This document shows, piece by piece, positions 12,051 to 26,179 of a DNA stretch of 64,000 nucleotides (position 1 is the first letter of the stretch; every line of letters starts with the position of its first letter). The stretch is from Octopus sinensis (taxonomy: Eukaryota): positions 31,000,001-31,064,000 of the forward strand of contig NC_043006.1 of the NCBI RefSeq assembly GCF_006345805.1, written 5' to 3'. Below the pieces are notes generated by a model, which made no database searches, was not told the origin of the DNA, and saw only the letters and a list, made by a program, of their open reading frames with translations. The position numbers and the translations under genes are program-made.

Positions 12051-13715
12051 TGTGAGGGGGATACATACTAAACCACTGATGCCAGCTTCATGTGATCATT
12101 ATTTTCTACAGCTTCTGGGAGATGTCTCCATAGTGATATGATACACACACACACACGAATTATATCATTGTTAAACTGTTAGCTGTAGAGAAGTTGCACC
12201 TGTGCAAAAAAAAAAAACGAAAAAAAAACGTAAAAACACCAAAAAACCCACATACTGCAATGATATGCAAATATTTTTCTAAAATTCTGCGATAAATGTT
12301 TACAAAAAACTTAATCTTTCCTCCCTGCTAACATGGTGAAATATTGTGCCATTTGTAAGGATGTATGTGTGGTACTTCTTCCTGAGGGCATTTTTGTGTT
12401 TTGAAATAATTAAAAATCTAAGAAAACATTCATTTGATAAGCTTCTGCCTATGTTTCTACCATTCTTTCTTTCTTATATTTTTCGTTGGTCAAATGGAAT
12501 GTGAGAAACATGTCACCTGCTTTCTTTTCTTTTATTCACTGCCCCCCCCCCCTTGTCTTCCAGTTTTTCTTATCCTTTTATGATAATGTCATCTTTCCTG
12601 AGAATTTTTAAACAGCTTTCTATAATCACAAAACACATGTTAGCATGGAGAATAATGTATCTAAAAGAACTATATGTCATGTGCATGTACACACGGGTGT
12701 ATGTGTGTGTGTATAGTATTTCTTTAGTAAAAATAATGTTGACAGTGACTGAAGTTTTGACCTACTTATTCTTTAACAAGTAGTGGTACATTTGAGTTCA
12801 TCTTGACTTTGTATAATCTGTTTAGTTTAAATTTTCTGAAGCAGGTGAAACTCTGTTGAATGATAATTTGATTGTAGTGTAGTTTCTGAGGAAAAGATAT
12901 TATGGAAGATTTTAATTGATTAAATTTGGGGTTGTACTATTGTTCAGAATTCAGTTATGCATGTAGAAGTTTGTAATCAGGTGTTTTAGCTTCAGTACTT
13001 TGGAGATGTTCTTGTAGAGGTTCACAAAGGAGTGAGGGTAAGTGGAAAGGTTAGTTGGTCAGTAGGTTTATTAACTTGTTTGTGTTATTTAGGAAGTTTA
13101 ATCTGTTTGTTCTGGGAAGGTAAAGACCATTGTTCAGATTTCAGTGAAGCATGCATGACTGTGAATAGGTGTGTTTATTTAAGTCTGTCAGCTTTAGATC
13201 ATGTTGTTAATATACAAATTTATTTATCTTGTGTTTTAAAGTTCACAAAAGAGTGTGGTTAGGCGGAAAAATTAGTTGGTTAGCAGATTTCTCTCCAAGA
13301 GTTAATTGTTCTTGGTGTTATTTGATTACTATTTAGAAAATTTAACCTTTGTGTTTTGGAGAGGCAAAGTTTGTAGACTGTACTTTTATGAATATTTCTT
13401 CTGTTTGGTTTTAAGCATGGGTTTAGTAAAGATATTTACAATATATTATTTTGGACCCGACACAAATGTAGGGCATTTTAAAAAGGCGTGCATATAACTA
13501 TACATAAAAAAATATAAATAACAGAGTCTACATCCAAGGAACATGAACACAAATGCACTACTGTTAGATGAAGGCTAAGCAGGCTGAGACTTCGAAGTTA
13601 CTGTCAACACTATTGTTGTTAAACTATAGTAAATATGTACTTTACAGAATGTATAGATTAATCCTTCGTTTGAATGTAAAACTGTTTTTATTATAACTTG
13701 ATATAAAAGCAAACA

Positions 13716-13795
<80 letters not shown>

Positions 13796-13869
13796 TGTAT
13801 GTATTAAAAAATAATAGATTAAACTGATTAGAAATACCAGTAAAGTCATTTTTTTTCTTTTTTTTTCAA

Positions 13870-13922
<53 letters not shown>

Positions 13923-16725
13923 CTGAAAGGCTCGTTTCAATCATCAGCAGATAAACCGAACCTGGTTTTCTTTTGAGATATCCCCTGTCTGCATATTTCA
14001 TGAAATATGAAATTAAAGCTTGAAAGAAATGCTTATTGTTATGTTCTTTTATTTGAAAACCTTTTTGCTCAAAAAGTCTTTTAAACAAAAGAACACACGG
14101 GTAAGCGTTTTCTTCAAGCTTTCATTTCATATTTAAAAGAAAAAAAAGAGAAAATCTGACATTGGGTATTCAAATGAAAACCATACTCAGTTTACCTGCT
14201 GATAACTGGAAATGAGCAACTCTGAGTACTGGAAAGGAGAGCCTTTCAGCTATAATATTTTAAAGAGTAGCCTACATTTGTATTGAGTCCTGTAATTTAT
14301 TGTTTCTGGTAAATCAATAGAAATTTATGTGCCACATAAAGAGCGCTAGTGATAGTGCCACGTAAAGAGCACCGAGTACATTCTGTAAAGTGGTTGGTGT
14401 TTGAAAGGGCATCCAGCCATAGAGACAAACCAGAACAGACAATGGAACCTGGTGCAGCCCCTGGCCTTACCAGTTCCTGTCAAACCATTCCAACCCATGC
14501 ATGGATAATGGATGTTAAATGTTGATGGTGATGATGATGATATATATATATTAAATGAGTATAAAATAAATGTAAATAAATTGACAACTGATCAGCATAT
14601 TGAAAAAGCTTCTCCTTGTAGATCCTTTCTTCTAGACACTGCATGTATTAACAGCTTTCATTGTAATTGCTGCTACATTTCGCTGCAATTTATCTCTAGT
14701 TTGGCTTCAGTAACTCGTTCCCTGATCTCCCTTACTAATTTATTCCATAGTCATCCCCACTGGTTACTTGTGGTATTTCCCCCCATAATCCACCATTAGT
14801 TTACCCCCCTCCCCGCCTAGTTGCTTGACAGTTTTCTCTGAGTTGACAAGGCATTGTATCACTAAATCACAGATCATAAGTTCAAATCCGCTCTATTTTG
14901 TTGTGTTCCTGAACAGGGCACTCTCTCCTTCTCATTGACTTGCATCATTAAAACTGAAACCAAACACTGAGCGCCTTCCTCTGCCACACTTTACTGGGAC
15001 CCTGCGTTTCTCAACTGAATCTCTTAACCACAAAACCCACAAAACAAGGTTTATGTATCTGTTTTCTTCCATCTTTTATTTGTTTCAGTCATTAGACTGC
15101 GGCCATGCTGGGGCACTTCCTTGAGGAATTTCACTCAAATGTATTGACCCCATTACCTCTTTGGCTTTTTTGACCCTGGTAATTATTCTATTGATCTCTT
15201 TTGCTGAACTGCTAAGTTGCTGGGATGAAAACACACCAACACTGGTTGTCAAACAGTGGTAGGAGACAGACAGACAGACAGACACACACACACACAACAG
15301 ACCCCCTTCAACCCTTGTTTACCAAATCCACTCATAAAGCTGTAGTTGGCCCAAGGCTGTGGTAGAAGACTTCTGTCCAAGGTGCCATACAGTGAGACTG
15401 AACCCAGAACCATGTGGTTTTGAAGCCCCCTTACCACAAAGCCACGCCCGCATCTAGTTATTAGTTGAATGTTTTCCTTAAAAAATATTCTGTTCTTCTT
15501 GGACTTAATTCTTTATTGCACTTCCACCTAACAAACCTTTTGAACATTAATTGATTGGTCAAAAATGTGATTTTATAATCCGAATCACTTTTTTTTTTAC
15601 ACAGCCCATGTAGCAGTTCTGTGGAGAAGCTCAGCAAAGTCAAAATAGTCATTATGACTCAGTACTTGAGCATGTGCACTCATTAAATTGGTTTTAAGTG
15701 AAAATATCCCTCACAACAACACTAAAAATGCCTTCATCTCTTTTACATATTAAAAAATTTAAGTTTATTATAGGTGCAGGGGTGGCTGTGTGGTAAGAAG
15801 CTTGCTTCCCAACCACATGGTTCCTGGTTCAGTTCCATTGCATGGCACTTTTGGCAAGTGTCTTCTATAGCTTTAGGCTGACCAAAGTCTTGTGAGTGGA
15901 TTTGATAGACAGAAACTGAAAGAAGCCCGTCATATATATATATGTGTGTGTGTGTTTCTGTGTTTATCTTCCCATCATTACTTGGCAACCTCTGACAGTG
16001 TGTTTACATCCCAGTAATTAGCAGTTCGGCAAAAGAGACCGATAGAATGAGTACTAGAATTAAAAAATAAGTCCAGGGAGAGGGGCGGGGTCAATTTGTT
16101 TGACTAAAACCCTTCAAAATAGTGCTCCAGCATGGCCTTAGTCAAATGACTGAAACAAGTGAAAGAATAAAAGAATATATATATACATACACTCACATAC
16201 ACACATTATACACAGTATATGCACATATATGTATATATCTTTTAATTGTTTCAGTCATTAGACTGTGGCCATGCTGGAGCACTGCTTTGAAGCATTTTAG
16301 CCAAACTTATCAACCTCAATACTTTTATTATTTTATCATCTTTAAAGATGAGTTTGATACGAAAGGAAGTGATAATGTTATTTGCAGCAGATGTTAACTG
16401 CAGTGTGTGTTGAATAGTTTCTTGGAGGGTAGCATTGGTGCTGGTGCCATTTAAAAAGTACCCAGTCCACTCTGTAAAGTGGTTGGCATTAGGAAGGGCA
16501 TCCAGCCGTAGAAAGCTTGCCAAAACAAACAATGGAGCTTGTTGTGGCCCCTGGCCTTGCTAGCTCCTGTCAAGCTGTCCAACCCATGCCAGCATGGAAA
16601 ACAGACATTAAATGATGATGATAGCAATGAAAGTGACCTAAACTTGTTTACACCCTCCTCTTCAGTCCCTGTTTAAAGGAAATCCCTCTTTCATGATACT
16701 CTAAAACTCTTGTAATTATTTCTAG

Positions 16726-16800
16726 GCTGGACACAATCGGATCCGAGGAAATATGCTAAACACTCTTCTGGGTTACACAGTGCAAAGGTTGAAAGAAAAG
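16726..16800 (+). CDS. ZMYND11: ZMYND11 coding exon (first found in window), start of bromodomain region: AGHNRIRGNMLNTLLGYTVQRLKEK
   Basis: tttctag|gct...aag|gtttgt; 75 nt, phase 0/0; resembles human [23 protein letters not shown]; joins in frame to the next exon. Confidence 0.85.
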
Positions 16801-17183
16801 GTTTGTTGCTGCCTAATGGAACTTTTACAGTTTTCTCTTTTTACTTGTATGTCTCTGTTGTGTTGTTTTTTTGTCTTTTCCTCCTCTCTTAACATATATA
16901 CAGTAATCGCTCAACTATCATGGGTGTTAGATTTCAAAACACCCTGCCATAGGTGAAAATGCACAAAGTAGAAACAGTTCTGTACTAGGTATTTTCTTTT
17001 AATATTTTTATAATTTGTGCATATTTATTTTATTACAAATGTAAAAGAACACCATGGAGGAATCGACATAAGCTTAAATAATAAACCGTGATAGGTGAAC
17101 CACAATATGGCAAGGAATTACTGTGTGTGTATGTATGTATGTATATAACTTCATAAATTGAAACTGATTTGAAAATCGGAAAT

Positions 17184-17226
17184 CCACCTGAAGATTGTCA
17201 TTCAAGACATGAAACAATTGTAGTGG
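17184..17226 (+). ncRNA. Minimal hammerhead ribozyme motif, second family
   Basis: ccac CTGAAGA t tgtc attcaa gaca t GAAA C aatt GT A gtgg: stem I ccac/gtgg, stem II tgtc/gaca, palindrome ACAATTGT, GUA triplet. Confidence 0.7.
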
Positions 17227-17327
17227 CAGTTTTTTTACTTTTTATTAAAATTTTATGTATTGATTAAGTCTTTCTTGTTTGTTTTGCAAAATAGTGGTTT
17301 TGTCTCTAATTAATATTATATGTATAT

Positions 17328-17369
<42 letters not shown>

Positions 17370-17372
<3 letters not shown>

Positions 17373-17495
17373 AAGGAATCCTGGGTAGAAGTAGACCCAG
17401 GAAGACATGGGATGAGGTGGTCAAGCATGACCTTCAAACGTTGGGCCTCACAGAGGCAATGACGAAAGACCGAGACCTCTGGAGATATGCTGAGA
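17370..17495 (+). mobile_element. RTE ORF2 C-terminal remnant
   Basis: GRSRPRKTWDEVVKHDLQTLGLTEAMTKDRDLWR. Confidence 0.75.
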
Positions 17496-17669
17496 TTTGC
17501 TACTTTACATTATCTAGACATCACTCATGTCAATACTCAGGTTCCTCACTGATTTAAGCTCTGGGATTGAAATTCTCTGTGGACCAGTGTACCCTGTAAG
17601 TTTCATATTCAGTTTTGGACGCTGGTAGTGCAGGGCTACCATAAGGTATATATATGTATGTGTATATAT

Positions 17670-17701
<32 letters not shown>

Positions 17702-17733
17702 TTTTATATATATATATCATAGCTAGTGTTTAT

Positions 17734-17778
17734 CACACACTGATGACGGGTTGCTACTCAGAAACCCGGGTCTGCATG
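17734..17778 (+). ncRNA. Minimal hammerhead ribozyme motif, third family, partly decayed
   Basis: cacaca CTGATGA c gggt tgct actc a GAAA C ccgg GT C tgcatg: palindrome ACCCGGGT, GUC triplet, stem I 4/6 paired. Confidence 0.55.
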
Positions 17779-18433
17779 TATCACGGGAACAATGATTTCT
17801 CTTTGCAAATGCTGATCGAACACTGACAGTGTGTCATTAGCCAGCTGGAGGAGATGTCTTTGTGGGGCTATAAACGGCAGTAGCATTGTCCCCTTAGGTG
17901 GCAAATATACTTCACAATATATAACACACACACACACCACACACACACACACGTTGACTGTGGGCTTAATTGATGAGAAGGAGTTTATATGTTTCGATAT
18001 TCTGTTGATTAATCAACTGGATGACCAACCTGTTGAATTAATGTGTGAACTGGCTGAGTATCCAAACACACGTGTAACTTTCACCTAACACCAAGAGAAT
18101 TAGATGTATCCTCAATGTAATGCTAAGGCAGATCCCACCTGTGATACAACTGAGACATCTGCTGCATTATATTTCAAAGTATCGTGTATTTGTGAGATTT
18201 GTGTTTTACGTGTTCAATCTTCATTGTAAAAACTAGTTATAGTGTGTTATTAAATGTGTCCCCTTAAAACTAAATCAGCAAAGATTCACAGCTGTATTTT
18301 GATCAATTTGTATTTGAAATCCATAGAAAAACTCTTTTTAGGTCAGTCTGTAATTTTCTTCTTCTTTTGCTTTTTTATTATTTTTAATCTTTCTTTCTAA
18401 ATTTTTTTGTTGTTGTTTTTTATCAAACTTCAG

Positions 18434-18614
18434 ACCCGGGAGTTGCACAGAATAGGACACAGGGATGAAGAGTTGAATTTTAAACGATTTGTTTACAAAC
18501 CAATGGATCTGAATACCATGGAGCAAATAGTACAGACTCAGAAGTATCGATGTGTGGAAGAGCTTGTTGCTGATGCCCATAACATTGTGCATAATGTATA
18601 TTTGGTATATGGAG
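18434..18614 (+). CDS. ZMYND11: ZMYND11 bromodomain exon: TRELHRIGHRDEELNFKRFVYKPMDLNTMEQIVQTQKYRCVEELVADAHNIVHNVYLVYG
   Basis: cttcag|acc...gga g|gtaaga; 181 nt, phase 0/1; PMDL motif; YG in place of the canonical YN, as in human ZMYND11. Confidence 0.93.
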
Positions 18615-20229
18615 GTAAGACTTCAATTGTGGAATGAGGACACAATTCCTTTGTCCTCTTTCATAACTACTTGACCCTTTAGGCTACCATACCTGGCCCA
18701 AATATTCTCCATATTTTTATGTTCAAACTGACAAAATCTGGCCTCTCCCACCTACCTTATAATGTCAATCTTATAATATACAATTGCATCATTGAAATCT
18801 CAAAGTTATGAGGTAATGAACGATTAATTCAAAACAAGGTGTGGCTGTGTGGTAAGTAGCTTGCTAACCAACCACATGGTTCCAGGTTCAGTACCACTGC
18901 GTGGCACCTTGGGCAAGTGTCTCCTACTATAGCCTCGGGCCGACCAAAGCCTTGTGGGTGGATTTGGTAGACGGAAACTGAAAGAAGCCCAATGTATGTA
19001 TGTGTATATATGTGTGTGTGTGTCCCAACATCGCTTGACATCGATGCTGGTGTGTTTAAGTCCCCGCGACTTAGCGGTTCAGCATAAAAGGCTTATAAAA
19101 TAAATACTAGGCTTACAAAGAATAAGTCCTGAGGTCGATTTGCTCGACTAAAGGTGATGCTCCAGCTTGGCCACAGTCAAAATGACTGAAACAAATAAAA
19201 GAATAATAAAAGGAAGCATCACATTTGACCGAATAATCTGAAAGGTAAAGGGTAAATGCAAAATACATGAGTTGGAGGTGAAGACATTTACTTTTCAATG
19301 GCATAGTCTTCCCCCCCCCCCCACCGACCACCACCACTTTAGCAGAAACTAGATTAAGCAGCAGACCACTAATTAAAATTAAATCAATGTAAAAATTAAT
19401 GAATGTCTTAACAAATTAACAGTTTCTTTGTTCTCAAATCTTCACATGAATGAAAGTCTTTGAATGGAAATCATGTCATGCTAATGTCATGCTGTTGTAC
19501 GATTTTTTGTTGTTGCTTATACGAGAGGGAAGACGAGCAGAAACAGTGAAGCCTTGCTTATAGAATAAAATCACGATATTGTTGTGTTCCTGCATCAATA
19601 ATACAGTCTGTAGTGATTCCGGTCAGTTGAGACTGGTTCCAACTGTTTATTATGGAGCACCTGCCGTGTGAGTTGAGAAGTTGAAAACAATTGAATGATG
19701 CCAAAGACATCACTGATCCATGCCAGAAGGACAATACTCTCCCTTATTCTTTTCATTCCTTCATTTCAGCTGTAGGACTGTGGCTTTGCTGGAGCAACAC
19801 CTTAAGTTATAGATGTGAAATATAAGTGGAAGAGATGTTGTTGTCGTTAATATCTGTGTGGCAGAATAGCAGTGGGTATTTTGTAGAGAACAATGGAGTT
19901 TCTCATGGTGTTAGGCCATAGGTAAGCCTTGATTGAGCAGATCTGTGATCAAAGGCAATCTAGCTGTGGCCATCTCTCCTTTCTCTTAGTCACACTACTC
20001 CTAAGACTGCATCATCTAATGTATTTAGCTGCTATTTGTTTGCAGGTCAAACAACTGCATAAAGGCTACTTTGTTGGCTTGAATGATAGAGATAGAAAGC
20101 ATGGGGAAAGAGGATAGGATAGAGAGTATAGAGGGGAAAGTAAGACTGCAAAGATATTATTTTGTACACCTAGCCAACCCATGCTGACACAGAAAAATGG
20201 CTACAAATAATCATCATCATTGCTGGTGC

Positions 20230-20261
<32 letters not shown>

Positions 20262-22459
20262 TATAATTATTATTATTACTATTTTCAGCTTCGCCTCGTA
20301 TTGCATATTATTTCTCCATACAGGGGTTTTTTTTCAATGGCGGCCCATTTTCGCGGGGTTCCACTGTTCTTCTCTATCTATCTCTCTCTCTCCCTTTCTC
20401 ACGTTGTCTGCCATTCCCCCCTTCCATTGCTAAGAGCATTTTTTAAGCCAGCCCGTCAGTTCAACCATCGTATATTCCCGGTGCACCCGCCCTTGCCCAC
20501 CCCCACCACCAATACCGGATATCTCTATATTTTTGCTCCATCTATACCGGATGTCGCTTCTCCCACCACCATTATAGGTGTCTACTCTTCGAACCCCCCT
20601 CTTCAATACGCTATTTCACCATGCATTACCCCTCTCTTGATATCCTACGTTCTACTTGCCTAGAACCTGTCATCATTTCTCTGAACCACCCCTCCCCACT
20701 GGTGCTCCCCTATATATTTCTGCCCCCCCCCCCCACATAAAAAAAAAAGCACCATCCGAACGTGGCCGATGCCAGACCCCTCTGGCACCTGTGCAGGTGG
20801 CACGTAAAAAACACCCACTACACTCGCGGAGTGGTTGGCATTAGGAAGGGCATCCAGCTGTAGAAACACTGCCAGACTAGACTGGAGCCTGGGGCAGTCC
20901 CTAGCTCCCCAGACCCCGGTCGAAACCGTCCAACCCGTGCTAGCGCGGAAAACGGACGTTAAACGATGATGATGATGATGATGACATATATATATATATA
21001 TATATATTAGTGCTAGTGCCAAATAAAAAGCACCCAGTACACTCTGTAAAGTGGTCGGCATTAGGAAAGGCATCCAGCTATAGAAACCATGTCAAAACAG
21101 ACAATGGAGCCTGGTGCAGCCCTCCAGCCTTGCCAGCTCCTGTCTAATCCTCCAACCTATGCTAACATGGAAAATGGATGTTAAATTATCATCATGATAT
21201 ATGCCTGCATGCCCCCACCACACACATATATAGGTATATGTGTGCATATAATATATGTATATATACATATACAAAATAGATAGAAATAATGGGTTATATA
21301 CATTCATTTATTAAAAACTTCCAGCTGTTTCAGATATGCATTTGGGTGGGTTCATGGTTCAATTTTATCTGTCAATCGATTGATTGACTGAAAATATTGA
21401 ACGACCCTCATAATGATATGTTCTTCAGAGAGGAAACGAATTGACTGCCAAAGGAAAAGAAGTAAAGAAAAGAAAGAGGGTGGAATTTGGTCATTCTGGT
21501 TTTTATACAAAATTAGGTTGCCTGATATGTGTGTGTGTGTGCATTTGTGTTTCCTCATTTTGACATCATGTGATAGTTGTCAAAACAGTGGCTGTGTGGT
21601 AAGAAGTTTGCTTCCCAACCACGTGGTTCTGGGTTCAGTCCTACTGCGTGGCACCCTGAGCAAGTGACTTCTTCTATGGCCTTGAGCTGACCATAGCCTC
21701 GTGAATCGGTAGAAAGAAACTGGTAGAAACCTGTTGTGTGTTTGTGTGTCTTTGTGTCCTCCATCATTGCTTGACAGCTAGTGTTGGTTTGTTTATGTCC
21801 CTATAATTTAATTGGTTCAGCAAAAGAGACCAATGGAATAAGTGTCAGGCTTAAAAATTTATATATATATATATATATATATATGCTGGGGTTGCTTCAT
21901 TTGATTAAAAATTCTTGAAAGCAGTGCCACAGTCTAATAATAAGTGAAACAAATAAAAGCTAAAAAAAATCATGAAAATGGTGTTCTTCATTTCCAATCT
22001 TCCTTGAGAACAAGTCTGGCATGGGGCAAATATTAACCTTGGTTGGAAAGGAAGTAAGGGTTAGTGACAGGAAGAGCATCCAACAACAATAAATCCCATC
22101 TGTTCTATTGAAGCATGGAAAAATGGATGTTAAATGATGACAATGGTGATGATGATGATGATGATGATGGCAGGAGTTGTACAAATGAATATGGTTCCAT
22201 CCACTAAACCAGAATATATAGGCATATAAAGGTGGTAAATGGCAGAATCAATAGAGTAAACAGTCCAAATAGTTGGATATATAGTTGTTGCCCTTTATAT
22301 TCTGAGTTCAAACCCCAGCCAAGCTGACTGTCCCTTTCATCCTTTCAAGGCCAATAAAATGAATAGTAGTCTTCCAAGGGCTGGTCTTGATGTGACTACA
22401 TCTTTGAAGAGAGCGTTCCAGCATGGCCACAAACCAGTGGCCATTCCTAACACATGAAC

Positions 22460-22790
22460 GCCCCTCATAAACTTGTGTTTTGCTCATGGCAGTGTCCTTG
22501 TAAGCTGTTTGAAGCATGACAACTGTTTCGGCCGCTGTTTTCCCTGGCAGAAAACAGAATTTCATGGAAGCATGCTGTTCCTTCATTTCAGCCATCGCCA
22601 AAATCGACGAACAGGGGAGAAGCCCTGCAAAACAAAGCCGCACCACATGGTAGTATGACTTCAGTGGACAATGCCAGTCAGCACACTGATGCCTGAAAGT
22701 TGCATCAAGTAGCTTCTAGTGGTAGAAGCCTGAACTATAATGGGCTTGTCCCACAGAGAATATCTCTGGTTACTTTTGGGTACCTCCTCG
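22460..22790 (-). mobile_element. Mariner (DD34D-type) 5' fragment
   Basis: On -: TA + cgaggaggtacccaaaagtaacc TIR-like end; transposase N-terminus EQHASMKFCFLPGKTAAETVVMLQTAYKDTAMSKTQVYE. Confidence 0.8.
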
Positions 22791-23657
22791 TATCTACCAT
22801 CTGTAAAAAGAGCTCTCTGGACAAGGCAGTCTGTGGTACATTGTGCTTGAAGTACAAAGACGGGATGGTCAAATGGTAATTGCTTCAGTGTCATTAAATA
22901 TAGACCTGCTTGTTCAGGAGTGACTTGAGGCTAAGCAACTTCAACTAAAAGCTTCTGTGTGGTAGCTCAAAATGCTAGCCATAGAAACCAGAATCTACTG
23001 ATTCTGCCATTAACCACCTTTATATACCTATCTATTCCAGTTTGGTAAATGAAACCATTTTAAAGATAAAATGCAAAAAAATATATATACTTTCGTATAA
23101 GTTTTAAATATATTTTATTTATAAAGTCTTTTGATTATTTTATATATTAATATAAATACACATCAAAATCAAATCCAATCACAATCAAATGGAAATTGTA
23201 GTTGTGATCCCCGTGCCAGTGGCACGTAAAAAGCACCCTCTGATCGTGGGCAATGCCAACCCCCTCTGGCCCCTGTGCTGGTGGCACGTAAAAAAGCAGC
23301 CACTATATTCTCGGAGTGGATGGCATTAGAAGGGCATCCAGCTGTAGAAACACTGCCAGATCAGACTGGATCCTGGTGCAGCCTTCTGGCTTCCCAGACC
23401 CCCAGTCGAACTGTCCAACCCATGCCAGCAGGGAAAATTGATGTTAAACGATGATGATGATGATTGGTATATATTGGTGTCATAGTTTTTATGATATCTA
23501 TTCCAATTGAATACAAATATTATTTGCTAAATATATTTATGATAACATGACTGATGTTAAATATTTCTTATAGTGTAACTGATATAGGTGTTTTTTTTTA
23601 TGCATTTTTTTTGCTGTGTCAATATTTTGCTCAGCAGCTGTTGACTTTCTCTTTCAG

Positions 23658-23713
23658 AGGAGCATGGAATGACAGAATTAGCCCGGATCATGATACGTGA
23701 TTGTAAATATGAT
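23658..23713 (+). CDS. ZMYND11: ZMYND11 bromodomain C-terminal helix exon: (E)EHGMTELARIMIRDCKYD
   Basis: ctttcag|ag...gat|gtaagt; 56 nt, phase 1/0; resembles human SEQADIARMLYKDTCHE. Confidence 0.9.
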
Positions 23714-25088
23714 GTAAGTTTTAATTCTTTGAATCATTATTATGCAAACAAACATATCTGAACACGTCCACGTTAATCTCATGTCAAGCTGTAGTAGTTG
23801 CTATCTGTAATATTTTTCTGCATGTCACAACTGCTGTGTGTCACACTTTTAACAACAACAACAAAAACAGTCAAAACAGATTCTTATTTATATTTGAAAG
23901 AAAATTAATTATGGATGGTGATCAAAGACATAATTGAAATTTTTAACATATTGAAATAAAAATCTGTTATATGCAACAGAAGCAGTTTTAGATTAAAACA
24001 GTCATCTGTGTATCATAGTTAAAGCAGATACATCACAAAAAACTGCAAATTAACTGCAGAATTTGTTAGGAGGAAAGCTGTTGGAGTGTTAACTGTAAAC
24101 ATGCATAACTATCAGACCAAACCAAAGACATGGTTAAAATCTTGACTATAATGCAACACTTTTATGGGGAATCTATAAATTTATGTCTCGGAACAGAAAT
24201 AAGAACATGTTCCATGCTGGCATGGGTTGGATGGTTTGACAGGTTCCAATGTTTTCTTGGACTGCATTATGCTTCACTGGTTTCTCCTGGATGTTTTTTT
24301 ACTTGGCACCATTGAGATTGCCATGCAATTCACAAGACTAAAAGCTATGAAGAAGTGGGGTTGGCTTTATGCTAGGGGAATGAAAGCAGGTGAGAGATGG
24401 GTGCCACCAATTCTAATTATCTCCTCTCTGGCCCTTCCATTACCTGCTTGGCCTTAATGAAACTCAGTTCCTAGCAATAGCTGGGCAATGAACTTCAATG
24501 GATTGTCACTGTAATATTCTTTTCTACTCTAGGCACAAGGCCTGAAATTTTTGGGGAGGTGGGGGGGGGAGTCGATTAGATCAACCCCAGTACATAACTG
24601 GTACTTAATTTATCAACCCCGAAAAGATGAAAGGTAAAGTCGAACTTGGTGGAATTCGAACTCAGAACATAAAGACAGATGAAATACCGCTAAGCATTTT
24701 GCCCATGTGTGCCTGTAATAGTGAGCTACAACTGTGATTGTTTTTGACTGTGGACTCTACCATTCACAAACCTGTAGCAAAATAGAATAATCTGATGTGG
24801 ATTCAATGTGCTGGTCGAGTGCCTTGAGTAAGACACACAGCATCACTGACTGGACACAGTTACTACTTCTTGTCTATTGTTTCCTACTTTGTTGATTCAA
24901 CCAGCCATGGTTTTTATACTGCAATAGCAACTTTGTGCTGCATGGAACCTCTCCTGATTCTGCACAGTGTATGTATAGCCTTAACAACTGAAGTTCAGTG
25001 TTTTCATGATGATGATTACGGTGGTGGTGACAATATCCCATCCAAAAATAAAGTATTTTTAAAAATCAGAAAATCTCAACTCAATTAT

Positions 25089-25815
25089 GGCTGAGAGGGT
25101 TTCATGTAGCTGTCTGATTTGAGCCTTAGGTCCTGTGCCAAGAGGCAGGGTGGCATGACATCACCCTCACAGAAGACACACCCAAAGGCTATCAGAGTTT
25201 GGGGGAACTTGGTCTTTATGTTATGTGGGACATCACGTGGATTGTAGGCAACTGGTTCTGGCAGAAGTTCTTTTCAGAAAAACTTGATCATCCCCAACTC
25301 AACAGGATGCCTCAGCTTGTTCAGGAGCTTCTTTACCTTCATCAAGCAGTTCTCCTCAGCTTTGGTTGTCAGAGTTTGTCTCTTGCACCCCTTGTATGAA
25401 TGGTAGTGAAGGCCCTCATTCAGGGCCAGCTTCATGGTAGCAACTCCAGCACCCATTTCTCTCACCAATGCCCACATTCCCTTGCTTGCAGCTTCCATCA
25501 CCTTGTCATGTAGCTGTTGGCTGAATTCTGACATGTGAATGCAGTCACAATGCCTGCTATGTCTCCATTGCAGCTGGCCATGGCTTCTAGATCTCCCTCT
25601 TGCAACTGTCCATGTCGTGTCTTTCAGCCTTTACAGTGTTCACAGAGTATTGAGCAGCAGTTATGATGTCAGCATCTTTTCCAATATTCAGATGACCTCC
25701 AACTTTCATCTGCTTTTTGTCTTGCAGTGCTGTTGACTGTTCACCAATATATCAAAGCTATTCTTTAAAAAAACGGGGACATAAAATATCATGAAATTTA
25801 GCCTGAGCACCCTAT
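25089..25815 (-). mobile_element. Tc1/mariner (maT/DD37D-like) transposase remnant
   Basis: MWALVREMGAGVATMKLALNEGLHYHSYK...KLLNKLRHPVELGMI-FF-EKNFCQ...TKFPQTL-AFGCVFCEGDVMPP, with frameshifts; subfamily call is by recollection of motifs. Confidence 0.7.
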
Positions 25816-26179
25816 ATACAATCAGCTGTTAGATTACGATTGTTATCTGCTGCACACTGTTATTCAGTGTTCTGTTAATTCTATATCATAATTGTACATG
25901 AGGGCATGTTGAGTCAATGAAACAGCCTCAACATGGTCATTCTATACCTGCTAGAAATAGCAACTAAATCTTCCCAAGTCACACTCTGACATCTTAAGCA
26001 AAGGACACATTAAACAGTGTAGTTCACGATAAATAAAAGACAGGGTGATGAAAGGTCTGCCAGATCAGCACTGACATGATGTTAAACAACAACAGCAATC
26101 AGTGTGAGTCATAGGTTCAAGTGTAGTTGTTAATGTTATGTTCATATTTCTCACTGTATTGTAATTAAATACACTTTTA

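Noticed and set aside
13560-13605. Hammerhead-like tagatgaaggc...ggctgagac
   Set aside because: Both core boxes are mutated; at best a dead relic
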